A stretch of 63,813 nt of DNA, filler included, from Candidatus Omnitrophota bacterium (GTDB lineage Bacteria > Omnitrophota > Gorgyraeia > Zapsychrales > Zapsychraceae), in NCBI GenBank assembly GCA_015233495.1. It is 16 parts of 15 records of this genome, joined end to end, with 100 filler letters (N's around TTAATTAATTAA, not from the genome) between each part and the next. Parts side by side here need not be neighbours in the genome. Positions count along the whole stretch, not along the records: positions 30,742 to 33,530 come from JADFXQ010000001.1; positions 33,631 to 34,885 come from JADFXQ010000001.1; positions 34,986 to 60,648 come from JADFXQ010000021.1; 13 more parts are not named here. One strand, written 5' to 3'. Shown piece after piece: positions 31,316 to 42,374 of this stretch. The notes below the pieces were generated by a model, which saw nothing but the letters and a program-made list of their open reading frames with translations, did not search any database and was not told where the DNA came from. The translations under genes were made by a program, and so were the position numbers. Position 1 is the first letter of the stretch. Each line of letters opens with the position of its first letter.

Positions 31316-32248
31316 TTAATACGGCTGCAATTGAATCTGATCCACAATAAAATCCATCGGGCCCAAAAGCGGCCGCGTTTCCGGGTCCAGCGGGACGATG
31401 CCGGCTGATTTTTTTAAGGCCAGTTGACGGGTCGACCGGCTTAAATACTCCCGGCCAATCGGATCCGGGTTCTTATCGAGATAGGCCTTAAAAAATCCCG
31501 CAGCATTTCCATAATCCCCGAGCTGATAGGAAGCCACCCCCGATTTATATAAAAAATAGCCGTTGGTGTCTAATCGCTGTTCGATGGCGTTCATGGCAAC
31601 CGCCAGAGCCTCGTCATAGTGTTTTAACCGGCAAGCTGCTTCCACCATCAACGCTAAACAATCCCGGTACCCATCGTGGAACTGACGTTTGAAATCTCCT
31701 TGATAACGGGCATCTTCGCTAAAGATGTTCGAATAAAACATAAGCGAATTGCTGATTCCCACGAAAAGCTCATTGCCCTCGCAGAGCAAAGCTTTACGGC
31801 AGGTGTCGCCGGCCGCTTGATAATTCCCGCGATGAAAATAAATAACGCTCAGGTTGTGATAAAACCAAAAAAAACTGGGATTCAATATGGTCGCCTTGAC
31901 ATAATTTTCCACCGCGTTTTTTACGTCCCCCTGATAATATTGACAAAAGGCCAGGAGCCCATACGCAGGGATTTTGTTCGGCAACAACTCCACAACTTTT
32001 TTGTAGTAATTCGTAAACGGCGTAAAATCTTCCCGCTTGACCATCTCGGCACTGGAGGCCCGGACAAGCAGGTTGTAATCGTGCGGCATCAGGTCATTAA
32101 GCATTCTGGTCCGGACCGCCGCTTGAAACATTTTTTTATCTGTTATCAGGTACACAGCGCAAACAAAAACAATGTAAAGAACACCCACGCGAGTCAGTAA
32201 AAAAATAAACGTTCCGCGCCATTTTGACTTGTGTTCTGCCATGACCAT
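31316..32248 (-). CDS. Membrane-anchored TPR protein
   Basis: N-terminal TM; TPR-like helices (AYGLLAFCQYYQGD, GVASYQLGDY). Confidence 0.78.
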   Translation of the reverse strand: MVMAEHKSKWRGTFIFLLTRVGVLYIVFVCAVYLITDKKMFQAAVRTRMLNDLMPHDYNLLVRASSAEMVKREDFTPFTNYYKKVVELLPNKIPAYGLLAFCQYYQGDVKNAVENYVKATILNPSFFWFYHNLSVIYFHRGNYQAAGDTCRKALLCEGNELFVGISNSLMFYSNIFSEDARYQGDFKRQFHDGYRDCLALMVEAACRLKHYDEALAVAMNAIEQRLDTNGYFLYKSGVASYQLGDYGNAAGFFKAYLDKNPDPIGREYLSRSTRQLALKKSAGIVPLDPETRPLLGPMDFIVDQIQLQPY

Positions 32249-32303
32249 TGCTCCTAGGAAATGCCCCGCCTCTGCCGGCTATCCCGCGGATTAAAAGCTA
32301 TAT

Positions 32304-33158
32304 CTATCTATTCAACGGCAGAACTCCAGCCGCCTCGCCAATCACGTTGACCAATTCCGCGTTCGCCGGGACAACATATTTGGTGTTGTTCTTTAAAGAA
32401 TTTTCCATGGTTTCCAGCCGTTTCAACAATTGCGCGTTGCCGATAAAATATTGATTCGCGGCTTCATTCACCAATTTTATCGCCTGAGCCTCGCCTTCCG
32501 CCTCCAGAATCTTTGCCTGTTTAACCCCTTCCGCTTTTTTAATCTCAGAACGTTTCTGTCCATCCGCCGCGGTTTCCGCCGCTGTTGCATAATCGATCGC
32601 CGCGATTTTTTCGTTCTCCGCCTTGACTACTTTGTTCATAGTGTCCTGCACATCTTTCGGCGGATCAATCTCCTTGAGCTCTGTCCGGACAATCTCCAAG
32701 CCCCATTCTCCGGTCTCTTTTGTCAAAATCGCGTGCAGGTCAGCATTGATTCTGCCCCGTTCACTGTTCGCCGATTTTAACGTCATGGTGCCGATGATAT
32801 TTCTCAAAGTCGTCCGAGCCAAATTGACAATCTGATACCGGTAATTACTCACGTTATAAATCGAACTCTTCACGCTTAACTCGTCCGGTTTAACTTTAAA
32901 ATACACTTGCGCGTCCACCCGGGCGTTGAGATTATCATTGGTAATAATTTCCTGCGGTTCCGCGTCCACCATCTGTTCCGTGGTTTCGACCAAATATAAA
33001 TTTTCAATCACCGGCATAATCCAGTGGAATCCGGGGTTGGCAAAGCGCGCGTACTTGCCTAAACGCTCAATCAAACCGCGATGCGTGGGCCGAACAATGC
33101 GGATGCCGGCAAAAAACAAAAACCCAATTCCCCCGATAATCAAATACGTTAAATTCAT
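32304..33158 (-). CDS. SPFH/Band 7 (stomatin/QmcA-like) protein
   Basis: GLIERLGKY, QEIITNDN, TTLRNIIG, ELKEIDPP, AEGEAQA. Confidence 0.92.
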   Translation of the reverse strand: MNLTYLIIGGIGFLFFAGIRIVRPTHRGLIERLGKYARFANPGFHWIMPVIENLYLVETTEQMVDAEPQEIITNDNLNARVDAQVYFKVKPDELSVKSSIYNVSNYRYQIVNLARTTLRNIIGTMTLKSANSERGRINADLHAILTKETGEWGLEIVRTELKEIDPPKDVQDTMNKVVKAENEKIAAIDYATAAETAADGQKRSEIKKAEGVKQAKILEAEGEAQAIKLVNEAANQYFIGNAQLLKRLETMENSLKNNTKYVVPANAELVNVIGEAAGVLPLNR

Positions 33159-33170
33159 GTCTGTCTCCTT

Positions 33171-33530
33171 TCATTGACCCGCAGCAGCTTTCTGGGATTC
33201 ATAAACCTCATCGGGAAATAAGCGTTCTTCCGAAAGCAAATCTTCCATCATATATATTTTATCCAACTGAATCAAATACGCGGCAAACTCCTCCGGAGAA
33301 TATGGCGAGCGCTGATATCCCACTTTTGCCTCAGCATCAAAAGCATCGATCTGCTCATGAATTTGCTGCTCTATGCTCTTTTTAAATCGGTCCGCCTTTT
33401 CACCCGGGAGCAAAAATTGATCCTTGATCTCTTCGGCAATATCCGACCGACCTTCCAATTCCGAAGGGGTCAATCGTTCCCGCAGTCGATTCATGATATC
33501 TTTTTGCTTGCTGAAAAGCCGGGCCCGGGA
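33171..33530 (-). CDS. Hypothetical protein (probably 5' partial)
   Basis: ORF ending just upstream of the SPFH RBS; no recognisable motif. Confidence 0.5.
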   Translation of the reverse strand, partial: SRARLFSKQKDIMNRLRERLTPSELEGRSDIAEEIKDQFLLPGEKADRFKKSIEQQIHEQIDAFDAEAKVGYQRSPYSPEEFAAYLIQLDKIYMMEDLLSEERLFPDEVYESQKAAAGQ

Positions 33531-33630
33531 NNNNNNNNNNNNNNNNNNNNNNNNNNNNNNNNNNNNNNNNNNNNTTAATTAATTAANNNNNNNNNNNNNN
33601 NNNNNNNNNNNNNNNNNNNNNNNNNNNNNN

Positions 33631-34589
33631 TCTTGCAAATGAATGGGGATCGGATAATGGATCAATACGCCGATGCCTTTGTTTTTCATCTCCTCGACGA
33701 TTTTATCGCGGTTTTTTTTAATCCGCAGCGCGTACGTTTGATATACATGCGTCCGATCCGCTCGGACCGCGGGGATCACCAACCCATTGACCCCTTGCAA
33801 AAACTCCGCGTAATGCGCCGCGACGTTCCGGCGCTGTTCGTTCCAGCTGTCCAATAAAGGAAGTTTCGCATTCAACACCACCGCCTGGACCGTGTCCAAC
33901 CGGGAATTGTGGCCTTTGATCACGTGTTCATACCGGCCTTTGCGGCCATAATCCCGCAGCATCTGCACGCCTTCATGGATTTTTTCGTCATCCGTCACCA
34001 CCATACCGCCGTCGCCAAACGCGCCCAAACTCTTGGTCGGATAAAAACTGAAACACGCGACATCGCCCAAAGAACCGATTTTTTCCCCCTGATAGGTTGC
34101 CCCATGGGCTTGGGCCGCGTCTTCCACAATTTTAATATGATGCTGGCGGGCAATCGCGGCAATCTCGGTCATATCCGCGCTTTGGCCATATAGGTGAACC
34201 ACAATCACCGCCTTGGTACGCGGCGTGATCGCGGCCTGAAAACGCTCCGGATTCATATTGTACGTTGTCTCATCCACGTCGACAAACACCGGTTTTGCCC
34301 CGACATACGATACGCACAACGCGGTCGCGATAAACGTGAATGACGGCAAAATCACCTCATCACCCGGTTTGATATCCAAGGCTGACAAGGCCAGATACAA
34401 GGCATCCGTCCCGGAATTGACGCCGGAACCGTATTTCACATTGCAATACGCCGCGAAATCCCGTTCAAAATCCTTTTCCTCCTGCCCCAAAATAAACGCC
34501 CCGCGTTCAAACACCCCCGCTAAGCCGGAGTCAACCTTGTCTTTGATGGCAAGATATTGCTCGCGAAAATCAATAAATGGAACTGTCAT
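33631..34589 (-). CDS. DegT/DnrJ/EryC1/StrS aminotransferase (3' partial)
   Basis: VNSGTDAL, VHLYGQ, EDAAQAHGA, FSFYPTKSLGAFGDGG. Confidence 0.93.
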
Positions 34590-34709
34590 GGGTTCACTTT
34601 CGTTTAAATTCTGTTAAACTTTTATAGGCAAACCTCCCGCCGATTGCTATTTTAGTATACCGACCGCAACCGCGTTTTCAATAAAATTGTCGGTAAAATG
34701 CGACGGAAG

Positions 34710-34885
34710 TTATAGTTTTTGCGGATCCGATTTGCGCAAAGCCTTGACCAAGGCGCAGATCTCTTGCGAAGCGTCTTTCCGGCACACCATCAAAGCGTCG
34801 GGAGTATCGACAATCACCATATTCTTAACCCCGACCAAAGCGATCAATTTTTTCCCCGATAGAATAAAATTATCCGAAGAACCAA
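34710..34885 (-). CDS. manC: C-terminus of mannose-1-phosphate guanylyltransferase (5' partial)
   Basis: Translates KLIALVGVKNMVIVDTPDALMVCRKDASQEI. Confidence 0.75.
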
Positions 34886-34985
34886 NNNNNNNNNNNNNNN
34901 NNNNNNNNNNNNNNNNNNNNNNNNNNNNNTTAATTAATTAANNNNNNNNNNNNNNNNNNNNNNNNNNNNNNNNNNNNNNNNNNNN

Positions 34986-35746
34986 CAAAAGTGATCTGGG
35001 CGTTCGGAAGATTATCTTCGACGCCTTTGATAAAAGCCGGCCACATATCACAGCTGACGTCTTTGACATCTTCAGCTTTGCCGTTGTGCGCTTTTAGATC
35101 GTCGACAAACGCTTTAACGGTTTTTTGATCATTTCCTTCGGCGATGAATATTGTCCGTTTTTTGACAAGATCGACGAACAACGTGATGTAATCATGACCC
35201 TTGCGTCTGGAAGTCTCGTCCATGCCGATGCTTTTAAGAGTGCTGTAATCATTTTGAGCCAATGCCGCGTCTACATAGTGTTTCAATGTCGCCCAGATTT
35301 TGCGATCCGATTCATGGATAATTTTACCGACGGTATGAACCGGCATATGACTTGCTAATTGCAAGATCAAAGCTTCAAAGAGCAAAGTAAAACCGTTGCT
35401 TATACCCGACCACGGCGGATCAATTAATCGTTTTACGTCGTCAGTGATGTTCAGCCGTGGAACGCGTGCATGAAGATAACATTCATGTTCGAAAAAATTT
35501 AAATGGCGCCATTGTTTGTCGACGGTGTCATAGACTTTAAAGTCGCCGTTAATATTTTCTTTTGTCGACTCATAGTGGAAAACGGCTCCTTTTCGAAAGT
35601 CGATGTGAATATCTAAACGCTTGTCTTCAGCACTGAACTGTATGTCTTTGATGTACCAAGGATCTTGAATATTAAGAGCAAGTTCAAACAATGGTTGGGT
35701 AAACATCGGTCACCTCCTGGTTAATTTGTTTTCCAGGATTATAACC
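34986..35746 (-). mobile_element. ISL3-family IS: left end and 5' part of transposase (ORF from 35706)
   Basis: WRHLNFF...ARVPR, GFTLLFEA, GMDETS, YITLFVD, SCDM; putative end GGTTATAATCC at 35746. Confidence 0.9.
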
Positions 35747-35748
35747 CA

Positions 35749-36807
35749 TTACCCATTCAAATTGCCAAAGAGCCTTATTTTAATAAAATTCTCTATTTTT
35801 TTAAAACTTTGGCTCTGATCATACCGCAAGGACAATTCCCGCGCTTTATGTTGAAGGTTTTCCCGCAATTGAGGATCGTCGATAACACGATTAAGATTTT
35901 TAGCTAGTGAACCCGGGTCCTCAATTGGGCTGACCAAACCGTTGAGTCCATCTTGAATGATCGTCGACGCGCTTGTTGTCACGATGGCGCAGCCACACGC
36001 CAGGGCCTGCAATAAAAGCAAGCTCAGCCCCTCGCTCCGCGACGGGATTAAAAAAATGTCGACGGCACTGAGAAGGTCGCGCAATTCTTCGTCGGATTTG
36101 ATGAAGCCGAATTCCTTGATCGCGACGGATGCCGGCACCTTCATCTTTGCCGGGCCGATCGTCCAAATTTCCCAATCGTTTTGCGGCTGCATCTGGGCCA
36201 ACTCGGCCACCGCTTTTTCCGCCACGTCCAGGCCTTTGCGATAATCGTCCCGGCTGAACACGAGGACCGTGACCGGTTTTGTTTTATAACGGCGATAATC
36301 TGAATTTTTATTACGGGAAAAAATATGGAGATCCACGCCGTTCGGCACCGTGATCAAATGGCTGGGCTCATACTGCGACAAAACCTGGGTCAGTCCTTCC
36401 GACACGGAAATCGTCGGGATACTCCATTTTTTTAACGCCCGCCGGTAACAATCCTCCGTCAATTGCCGCAAAACCGCGGGCCGGTAATAGGTCACATCAT
36501 AATCCTGGGCGATATAAATCACCCGGCCGCGGTTCCGGATAGACGCCAGGCAGGCCATTAAGACCAAATCCACGATGACGAAATCCGATTTAAAACGCGT
36601 AGATAGCGTAAACATCATCGTGCCGAGGATGCCGGGGAATGGGATTTTTTTGATTTGGATCCCGTCGGAGAACGGAAAATAAGTGTTGATTTCATTTGTC
36701 CAGTACTCAATCCTATACCCCTGCGACAGCAGGTGCCGACAGTAATCAAGAATGAGACGGTCACCCCCGCGGTTGCGGATTGAATGGCGGATCAGGGTGA
36801 GATACAT
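35749..36807 (-). CDS. GT4 glycosyltransferase
   Basis: GGDRLI, VPNGVD, RKGLD, PSRSEGLSL. Confidence 0.88.
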   Translation of the reverse strand: MYLTLIRHSIRNRGGDRLILDYCRHLLSQGYRIEYWTNEINTYFPFSDGIQIKKIPFPGILGTMMFTLSTRFKSDFVIVDLVLMACLASIRNRGRVIYIAQDYDVTYYRPAVLRQLTEDCYRRALKKWSIPTISVSEGLTQVLSQYEPSHLITVPNGVDLHIFSRNKNSDYRRYKTKPVTVLVFSRDDYRKGLDVAEKAVAELAQMQPQNDWEIWTIGPAKMKVPASVAIKEFGFIKSDEELRDLLSAVDIFLIPSRSEGLSLLLLQALACGCAIVTTSASTIIQDGLNGLVSPIEDPGSLAKNLNRVIDDPQLRENLQHKARELSLRYDQSQSFKKIENFIKIRLFGNLNG

Positions 36808-36841
36808 TCCGAAAAACCTCGTTTTTTTTCAGTACGTTTTG

Positions 36842-38125
36842 TTAGCGCGAAATAACGGCAAGCTTCTCTGCAAATTTTTTTGCCATTTCCATATGGCTGT
36901 ATTGGTTGATCTCGTCGGTGATTCCTTGATAGGCGACCCGGCCGTTGCGAAGATATTCCTCCCAGCATTGAAGGATAATTTGCCGTAATGTCGTTTCATC
37001 ACTGGCAAAATACCCAGCCTTGGTTTTTTCCAAAAGTTGCCGGACAACATGCGGTCCCGCCGCACCGATCGCCAAGATCGGGCGTTGCGATATCAGATAC
37101 TCAAAAATTTTACCGGTATAAACCCCGTTTTCTTTCGGGTTCATCCAGGTCAACAAGAGCAAGAGTTGTGACTCGCGCTGTTTTGCTAATACCTCCGATC
37201 GATTGATCATCCCGCATTGACACGCGATTCCGCCCAAGTTATATTTTTCGATCTCCCTTTCCAGCCAGGCATTTTTTGAGCCCCAAAAATTCAGGCGAAC
37301 GCGTTGGGGGTCAAGTTTCTTTTCCTTGATCAGTTGTTGCATAACCGAAAATAAAATCGCCGGGTCGCGTTTCCCGTCGTAAAGCCGGCCAGTATGGGCA
37401 ATGGTAAAATCTTTTGTCGTCGGTAATGTTCCAGTAAATGTTTCTTCCGGGTCAAAGCCATTCGGGACTGCAACCGTTGTTTTGCCATGAAATGTCCGCA
37501 ATAAATCTGCCAAGGGCTCCGAGACGGTGAACAAGACATCGGCCTCGTTAAATGTCCGCTTCTCCAATTTCTCTTCAAAAAATTTACGGATCCGTCCATA
37601 TTGGTAATAATGATTCTGCGTCCATAAATCGCGGAGATCAGCGCCCCAAGGGATATGAAATTTTTTCTTCAGGGCATAGGCGATCAGATGACAACTCGCC
37701 GGATGCGAGCTCGTTAGCAGGGCATCCACCCGTTCCTTAGCCAAAAAATCTTCTCCCGCTTGAACCGCCAGCGGGATCCAATTCTTCTGTTCGTCCGGAT
37801 AATTAATCATCCCATAAACGTACTCCATGAATTTCGGTAACCATGAATCCTTGGACGCCGGGATGACAAAGGGGCGGCCGGGCTGTTCATCCAAACGCAA
37901 ATCCGGATTAAATCCCATCCGGCGTTTAATCCACGACGAGAAATCGCCTTTATGTTTCGTCTCAATGACCCGACAAGAAAGGCCGGACGGCCCCGGCAAT
38001 TTGGGCGTAAGGATGATCGGTTCCCAACCGAACCGGGGAAGATATTTTGCCAAGCCGCGCAACCGCAACCCAGCGACTCCGGGACGGGGCGGGAAATGAT
38101 AGGTTATGATAAGGACTTTTTTCAT
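36842..38125 (-). CDS. GT4-like glycosyltransferase
   Basis: TYHFPP, DLRDLW, VPNGFD, TGKIFEYL. Confidence 0.88.
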   Translation of the reverse strand: MKKVLIITYHFPPRPGVAGLRLRGLAKYLPRFGWEPIILTPKLPGPSGLSCRVIETKHKGDFSSWIKRRMGFNPDLRLDEQPGRPFVIPASKDSWLPKFMEYVYGMINYPDEQKNWIPLAVQAGEDFLAKERVDALLTSSHPASCHLIAYALKKKFHIPWGADLRDLWTQNHYYQYGRIRKFFEEKLEKRTFNEADVLFTVSEPLADLLRTFHGKTTVAVPNGFDPEETFTGTLPTTKDFTIAHTGRLYDGKRDPAILFSVMQQLIKEKKLDPQRVRLNFWGSKNAWLEREIEKYNLGGIACQCGMINRSEVLAKQRESQLLLLLTWMNPKENGVYTGKIFEYLISQRPILAIGAAGPHVVRQLLEKTKAGYFASDETTLRQIILQCWEEYLRNGRVAYQGITDEINQYSHMEMAKKFAEKLAVISR

Positions 38126-38138
38126 ATTCCCATGATGG

Positions 38139-39233
38139 TCACACGCGTTTATCGTTTTCCGTCGGCTTTTCTTGAAATCTTCTGGCTGGAAAAACTTTAT
38201 CGCGAATAGCTAATGAAGGCACTTCAACGATCCGATGCATGAAAAATCCGAAAACGAGTGCGCCCACAATAGAACATATCATATAGGGCCCCCAACCGAC
38301 CACCGTGAATAACCTCTCAGTCCCTTTTTCAATGATCATGGCGTGCCATAAGTAAATTGAATACGAGGCAGCACCCAGCGACGATATGACATAAATAATC
38401 GGATGACCCGATTTTTTTATACGCGAAAACGCCAAGACTAGACATCCTCCTCCCAAATAAAAAAGAACAACTCCGAAGACAGGAATGAAACTTGAAGTTT
38501 CCAAACTAAAAATAAACGCCGGGGATAATAAGACGACACCGGTAACAATGAAACACCAAGTCGGCCATCGGAATAGGGAAAGATTTTTATGGAAGTGATT
38601 TAAGTAAGAAAGAAAAACTCCAAACATCAAAGAATCGATCCGTAGGTGTGTTGCATATAATTGTTTCATATAATTGAATTCCGCATAGAAAAAGAATGTC
38701 AGGACACGAAATAATAAACAACACACCGCAATTACAAAAAATAAATACGGAACGGATTTAACCCCTTCTCGCTTGGAATTCGTTGTCAGAAAAAATAGGA
38801 GAAAAACTAAACCGAAATAAAAATGTTCTTCAACCGCCAAACTCCAAGTATGTTGCCAATAACCCCAAAAATAATTTTGCACGAAAAATAATTCGACAAA
38901 CAATTTTTTTAAATTGATTGAATGAAGATTAAAAAATAAAACCGTGCTGGCGATGAAGACCCAAAAGGGCGGGTAAATTTTGAATCCTCGTCTGATCAAA
39001 AACAAACCAGGTTTGATCGTCCCGTACTGGATCAATTCTTTAAATAAAAGCCCAGAGATCAGATAACCGCTCAACACAAAAAACAAATCGACGCCCACCC
39101 AACCCCCTCGGTGCCAAACGGTTGAGATATCATGCCATACCCTGCTTTGCGTCGATGGACAGACCTGAAGGTGCCGGCCCAAAACTAAAAAAACAGCAAT
39201 AAATCTTAAAATATCCAGTCCGGCATTTCGCAT
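38139..39233 (-). CDS. O-acyltransferase (OafA / Acyl_transf_3)
   Basis: LDILRFIA, GVDLFFVLSGYLI, WSLAVEEHFY, SYSIYLWH; multi-TM. Confidence 0.92.
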   Translation of the reverse strand: MRNAGLDILRFIAVFLVLGRHLQVCPSTQSRVWHDISTVWHRGGWVGVDLFFVLSGYLISGLLFKELIQYGTIKPGLFLIRRGFKIYPPFWVFIASTVLFFNLHSINLKKLFVELFFVQNYFWGYWQHTWSLAVEEHFYFGLVFLLFFLTTNSKREGVKSVPYLFFVIAVCCLLFRVLTFFFYAEFNYMKQLYATHLRIDSLMFGVFLSYLNHFHKNLSLFRWPTWCFIVTGVVLLSPAFIFSLETSSFIPVFGVVLFYLGGGCLVLAFSRIKKSGHPIIYVISSLGAASYSIYLWHAMIIEKGTERLFTVVGWGPYMICSIVGALVFGFFMHRIVEVPSLAIRDKVFPARRFQEKPTENDKRV

Positions 39234-39241
39234 AACAATAT

Positions 39242-40732
39242 TTATTCAAAAGCGGTTGTCGCAAACTCAACCCGCTCCCCTTTTTTGTTCATCATGATCA
39301 TCCGCCGATATAACAGCTTCAAGATCCGTTTCGCATGCCAAAACATCCGTTTACGGTCATACCGCCATATCGCTTGGGCAATGGTTTTCATTTTGACCCA
39401 ATCCGAATTGCGCAACGAAAAAATATAATTCCCAGATTTGGTATTGATTTCCCAAAATGCAGTCAGCCGGTCTTCTTTTGGAAATTCCGGAGAATCACAA
39501 GCGATGTTGACGGTGACGGGTCTGCGAAAATCCTGGTCCCATAAATCACCGGCAACCTGGTGCGCCGTCTCAATGGTATGATAAATTTTCCCATGCTGCA
39601 TCATCCAGTCATATGCCTTTGTGCCGGGATAAGGAAATAATAAAGACCATTCGGTATAATCAAAACCCAGTTCTTGTGATAGATGAAAATTTAACCGCGC
39701 CCGCTCGAGGGTGTCGTGGGGAAGCCCGATGATGAATGAGCCGGTTAACGGGATCTTTTCTTTTTTTACGATTTTCACACCTTCCCGGATTTGTTGTAGA
39801 GTCTCGCCTTTGTTGACGTGTTCAAAGACTTCCGGAACCAGACTCTCGACGCCGATTTTGATATGCGTACACCCGGCCTGTTTCATCGCCCGGACCATTT
39901 TGGGACTAAGGCGGTCCGCCCGCAAGCCGCTGCCGCAATACCAGGGAAGATTGATTTTACGTTCTTGGAGCTGCCGGCAAAATTCAATAACCCGTTCTTC
40001 CTGCAGATTAAAGACCGGCTCGACGAGAACAAAACTTTTGATCCCGAACGTGGCCCGGGCATATTCGAGCTCTTTGAAAAAATCGTCCAACGGCCGCGGC
40101 CGCCAAAATTTCCCCCCCATGAACGGATTGCAAAAACAACAATTGAACGGGCAACCCCGGCTGGTCGATATCGGATAAGCTGAAAGGATTTTGGTGATGC
40201 CGAATTGCCGGTAATCCGGATGACGCAAAGCCCCGAATTCGCGCGACCTCACTTTGATGAGGTTAACAATGATCTGGTCGTTTTTACGATAGATCACGCC
40301 CTCGATGCCATCATATTGGCCCCGTTCTCGTCGACAAATTTCCGCGAACGTGTGCTCGGCCTCGCCCATCACAACGGCGTCAATCTCCGGACCTTGTTCC
40401 AAAATGCGGTTTTGCTCATACACTGCGTGCGGCCCGCCGACGACAATCAAGCCGTTGAAATATGGACGCAATTCCTTGACGAGCGACAATGCGATTTTGT
40501 AGGTCGTGCAATGGATATTAATGCCGACAATTTCCGGATGAAAGGAAGCGACGGCTTTTTGAAGCAGCTGGTGGGCCTCCGGCGGCGGACACACGATATT
40601 GGCAAGAGCTAACACGCGCACATCCTCGCAAACATCGGTCAAATTCGCGGCCAGCCAGCCTAACCCGATGTTGAGCGACTGCGGGGTTTTGGTTGGCGGG
40701 TCGACGAGCAAAACTCTGTTTTTTTTCATCAT
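39242..40732 (-). CDS. Cobalamin-binding radical SAM protein (class B methyltransferase-like)
   Basis: VVGGPH, GEAE, SRGCPFNCCFC, GVES, FIIGLP, PYPGT. Confidence 0.92.
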   Translation of the reverse strand: MMKKNRVLLVDPPTKTPQSLNIGLGWLAANLTDVCEDVRVLALANIVCPPPEAHQLLQKAVASFHPEIVGINIHCTTYKIALSLVKELRPYFNGLIVVGGPHAVYEQNRILEQGPEIDAVVMGEAEHTFAEICRRERGQYDGIEGVIYRKNDQIIVNLIKVRSREFGALRHPDYRQFGITKILSAYPISTSRGCPFNCCFCNPFMGGKFWRPRPLDDFFKELEYARATFGIKSFVLVEPVFNLQEERVIEFCRQLQERKINLPWYCGSGLRADRLSPKMVRAMKQAGCTHIKIGVESLVPEVFEHVNKGETLQQIREGVKIVKKEKIPLTGSFIIGLPHDTLERARLNFHLSQELGFDYTEWSLLFPYPGTKAYDWMMQHGKIYHTIETAHQVAGDLWDQDFRRPVTVNIACDSPEFPKEDRLTAFWEINTKSGNYIFSLRNSDWVKMKTIAQAIWRYDRKRMFWHAKRILKLLYRRMIMMNKKGERVEFATTAFE

Positions 40733-40734
40733 GA

Positions 40735-41625
40735 TTAATGCCCTTGTTTTTTTGCCACAACAATGATCTCGTCGCCTGAATGAAACAGTTCGCCCAAAAG
40801 CACGATCGGGATAAAAACCAGGGAATATAATAAACTGCGCCACGAGTGAAATATTGTTTTCAAATTCCCAAACGTGTAGGAGATCATAATCCTTCGGTGC
40901 ACGACCTTAACGGGCACAAACCCGGTCTTTTTTAACAAGTTAATAACCGTTGTTTTTGAAAAACAAAAAAGGTGATGTGGCGGTTCCGGGTGCGGCCAAA
41001 TATGAATCATCTTTGCCGCTAAATATGAAAGCCGGGGGAATAGTCCATCCACGTTCGGCGTCGACAAGAATATTAATCCATGATCTTTTAGTAAGGCGTT
41101 CACCTTCTTCATTGTTGTTAATGGATCCAATGTGTGTTCAATCAAGTCCCACAGCGTTATCACATCAAACGACTGTGCTGGGAATTCGTTTGTTTCTTCT
41201 ATGACCCCTTTAAAGACTTTTAAGCCGTATTTTTTTTCAGCAAAATCAGCGGCATCCGCCGAGACTTCCAACCCCCATCCCTCCCATCCCTCCTGTTTGA
41301 GACAAGACAGAAAAAATCCAACCGAGCATCCCACATCCAAAAGTTTCCCTTCCCGACGGAATTGTTTTAAAACGCGAACATGGCCTTTCGCATAATCAAA
41401 TTCTTTTTTTTCGAATTTTTGGCCATCGGTTTGGTATTTCAAATGATACCCGGAATCAAAAGTATATAAATTTTTTATCGCGGAAATGGATGGCGGGTTT
41501 CCGACATAGACCAGTTTACAATTTCGGCACTGCATAAGGTCAAAGTTATTTTTAGTAAATATCCTTACGGCTGACCGACCTTCGCATAGGATGCAGACCG
41601 GAGATTTGTTTTGCGCTTGCGACAT
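40735..41625 (-). CDS. Class I SAM methyltransferase with N-terminal Zn ribbon
   Basis: CILC...CRNC, LLDVGCSVG, FDVITLWDLIEH. Confidence 0.9.
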   Translation of the reverse strand: MSQAQNKSPVCILCEGRSAVRIFTKNNFDLMQCRNCKLVYVGNPPSISAIKNLYTFDSGYHLKYQTDGQKFEKKEFDYAKGHVRVLKQFRREGKLLDVGCSVGFFLSCLKQEGWEGWGLEVSADAADFAEKKYGLKVFKGVIEETNEFPAQSFDVITLWDLIEHTLDPLTTMKKVNALLKDHGLIFLSTPNVDGLFPRLSYLAAKMIHIWPHPEPPHHLFCFSKTTVINLLKKTGFVPVKVVHRRIMISYTFGNLKTIFHSWRSLLYSLVFIPIVLLGELFHSGDEIIVVAKKQGH

Positions 41626-41644
41626 ACTACCCCTCTCGTTAAGA

Positions 41645-42361
41645 CTATTCTTTCCGCCCGATAATTAAAAAATCATCGGCAGTCCAGGAGTGTTCAAAAA
41701 GTTTTTTCTCCCACCATCGTCCGGCGGGCGCGCCCGCCAACGACAGATCATGATGGCACAACCGCCTCGTCAAATGCCGCATCAAGATCGCCGGAAACCA
41801 ACCCAGGAAGCGGGACCGTAATATCTGCACATGTCCATGACGAAAATGCCGGAACATTTCTTGGGACGTCACCCGGTAATGCTGATATCCTAAAATATGA
41901 TCGTAATAAAATTTTGTCCAAAGGCAGCTTAACGAAAAATTCATATTGGGAAGCCCGATCCAAATCACTCCCGTTTTTTGTTTAGCCACGCGAACATGCT
42001 CGGCGACTAATCTCTCCCGCGTCTGAACATCAGGAAAATGCTCGATCAATCCCAAGGAAAAAACAATATCAAAAGTCCCATCCAGCAAAGGAAGATTCAA
42101 ACCGTCTCCTAATATAAACCGGTCAACTTTGGAAGCTTGAACAGGATTCAAGTCAACCCCATAGACTTGAGCGCCGTATTCTTTTTCAAACCAACGCAGC
42201 CAACGACCGCTGGAACAACCGATTTCGAGGACTGTTAATTTTTCCCGTCGAGGTATATGCGTTTTTAGCTCTGCCACAAGCTCTTGCTCCCATAAGTCAG
42301 TCAACTGTGGGAAATCTTCTAACTGTGATATGTGCTGGGACCAATCAAAATTTTTATTCAT
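41645..42361 (-). CDS. Class I SAM methyltransferase
   Basis: VLEIGCSSG, GVDLN, FDIVFSLGLIEHF. Confidence 0.9.
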   Translation of the reverse strand: MNKNFDWSQHISQLEDFPQLTDLWEQELVAELKTHIPRREKLTVLEIGCSSGRWLRWFEKEYGAQVYGVDLNPVQASKVDRFILGDGLNLPLLDGTFDIVFSLGLIEHFPDVQTRERLVAEHVRVAKQKTGVIWIGLPNMNFSLSCLWTKFYYDHILGYQHYRVTSQEMFRHFRHGHVQILRSRFLGWFPAILMRHLTRRLCHHDLSLAGAPAGRWWEKKLFEHSWTADDFLIIGRKE

Positions 42362-42374
42362 TGAGTTAAAAGAT

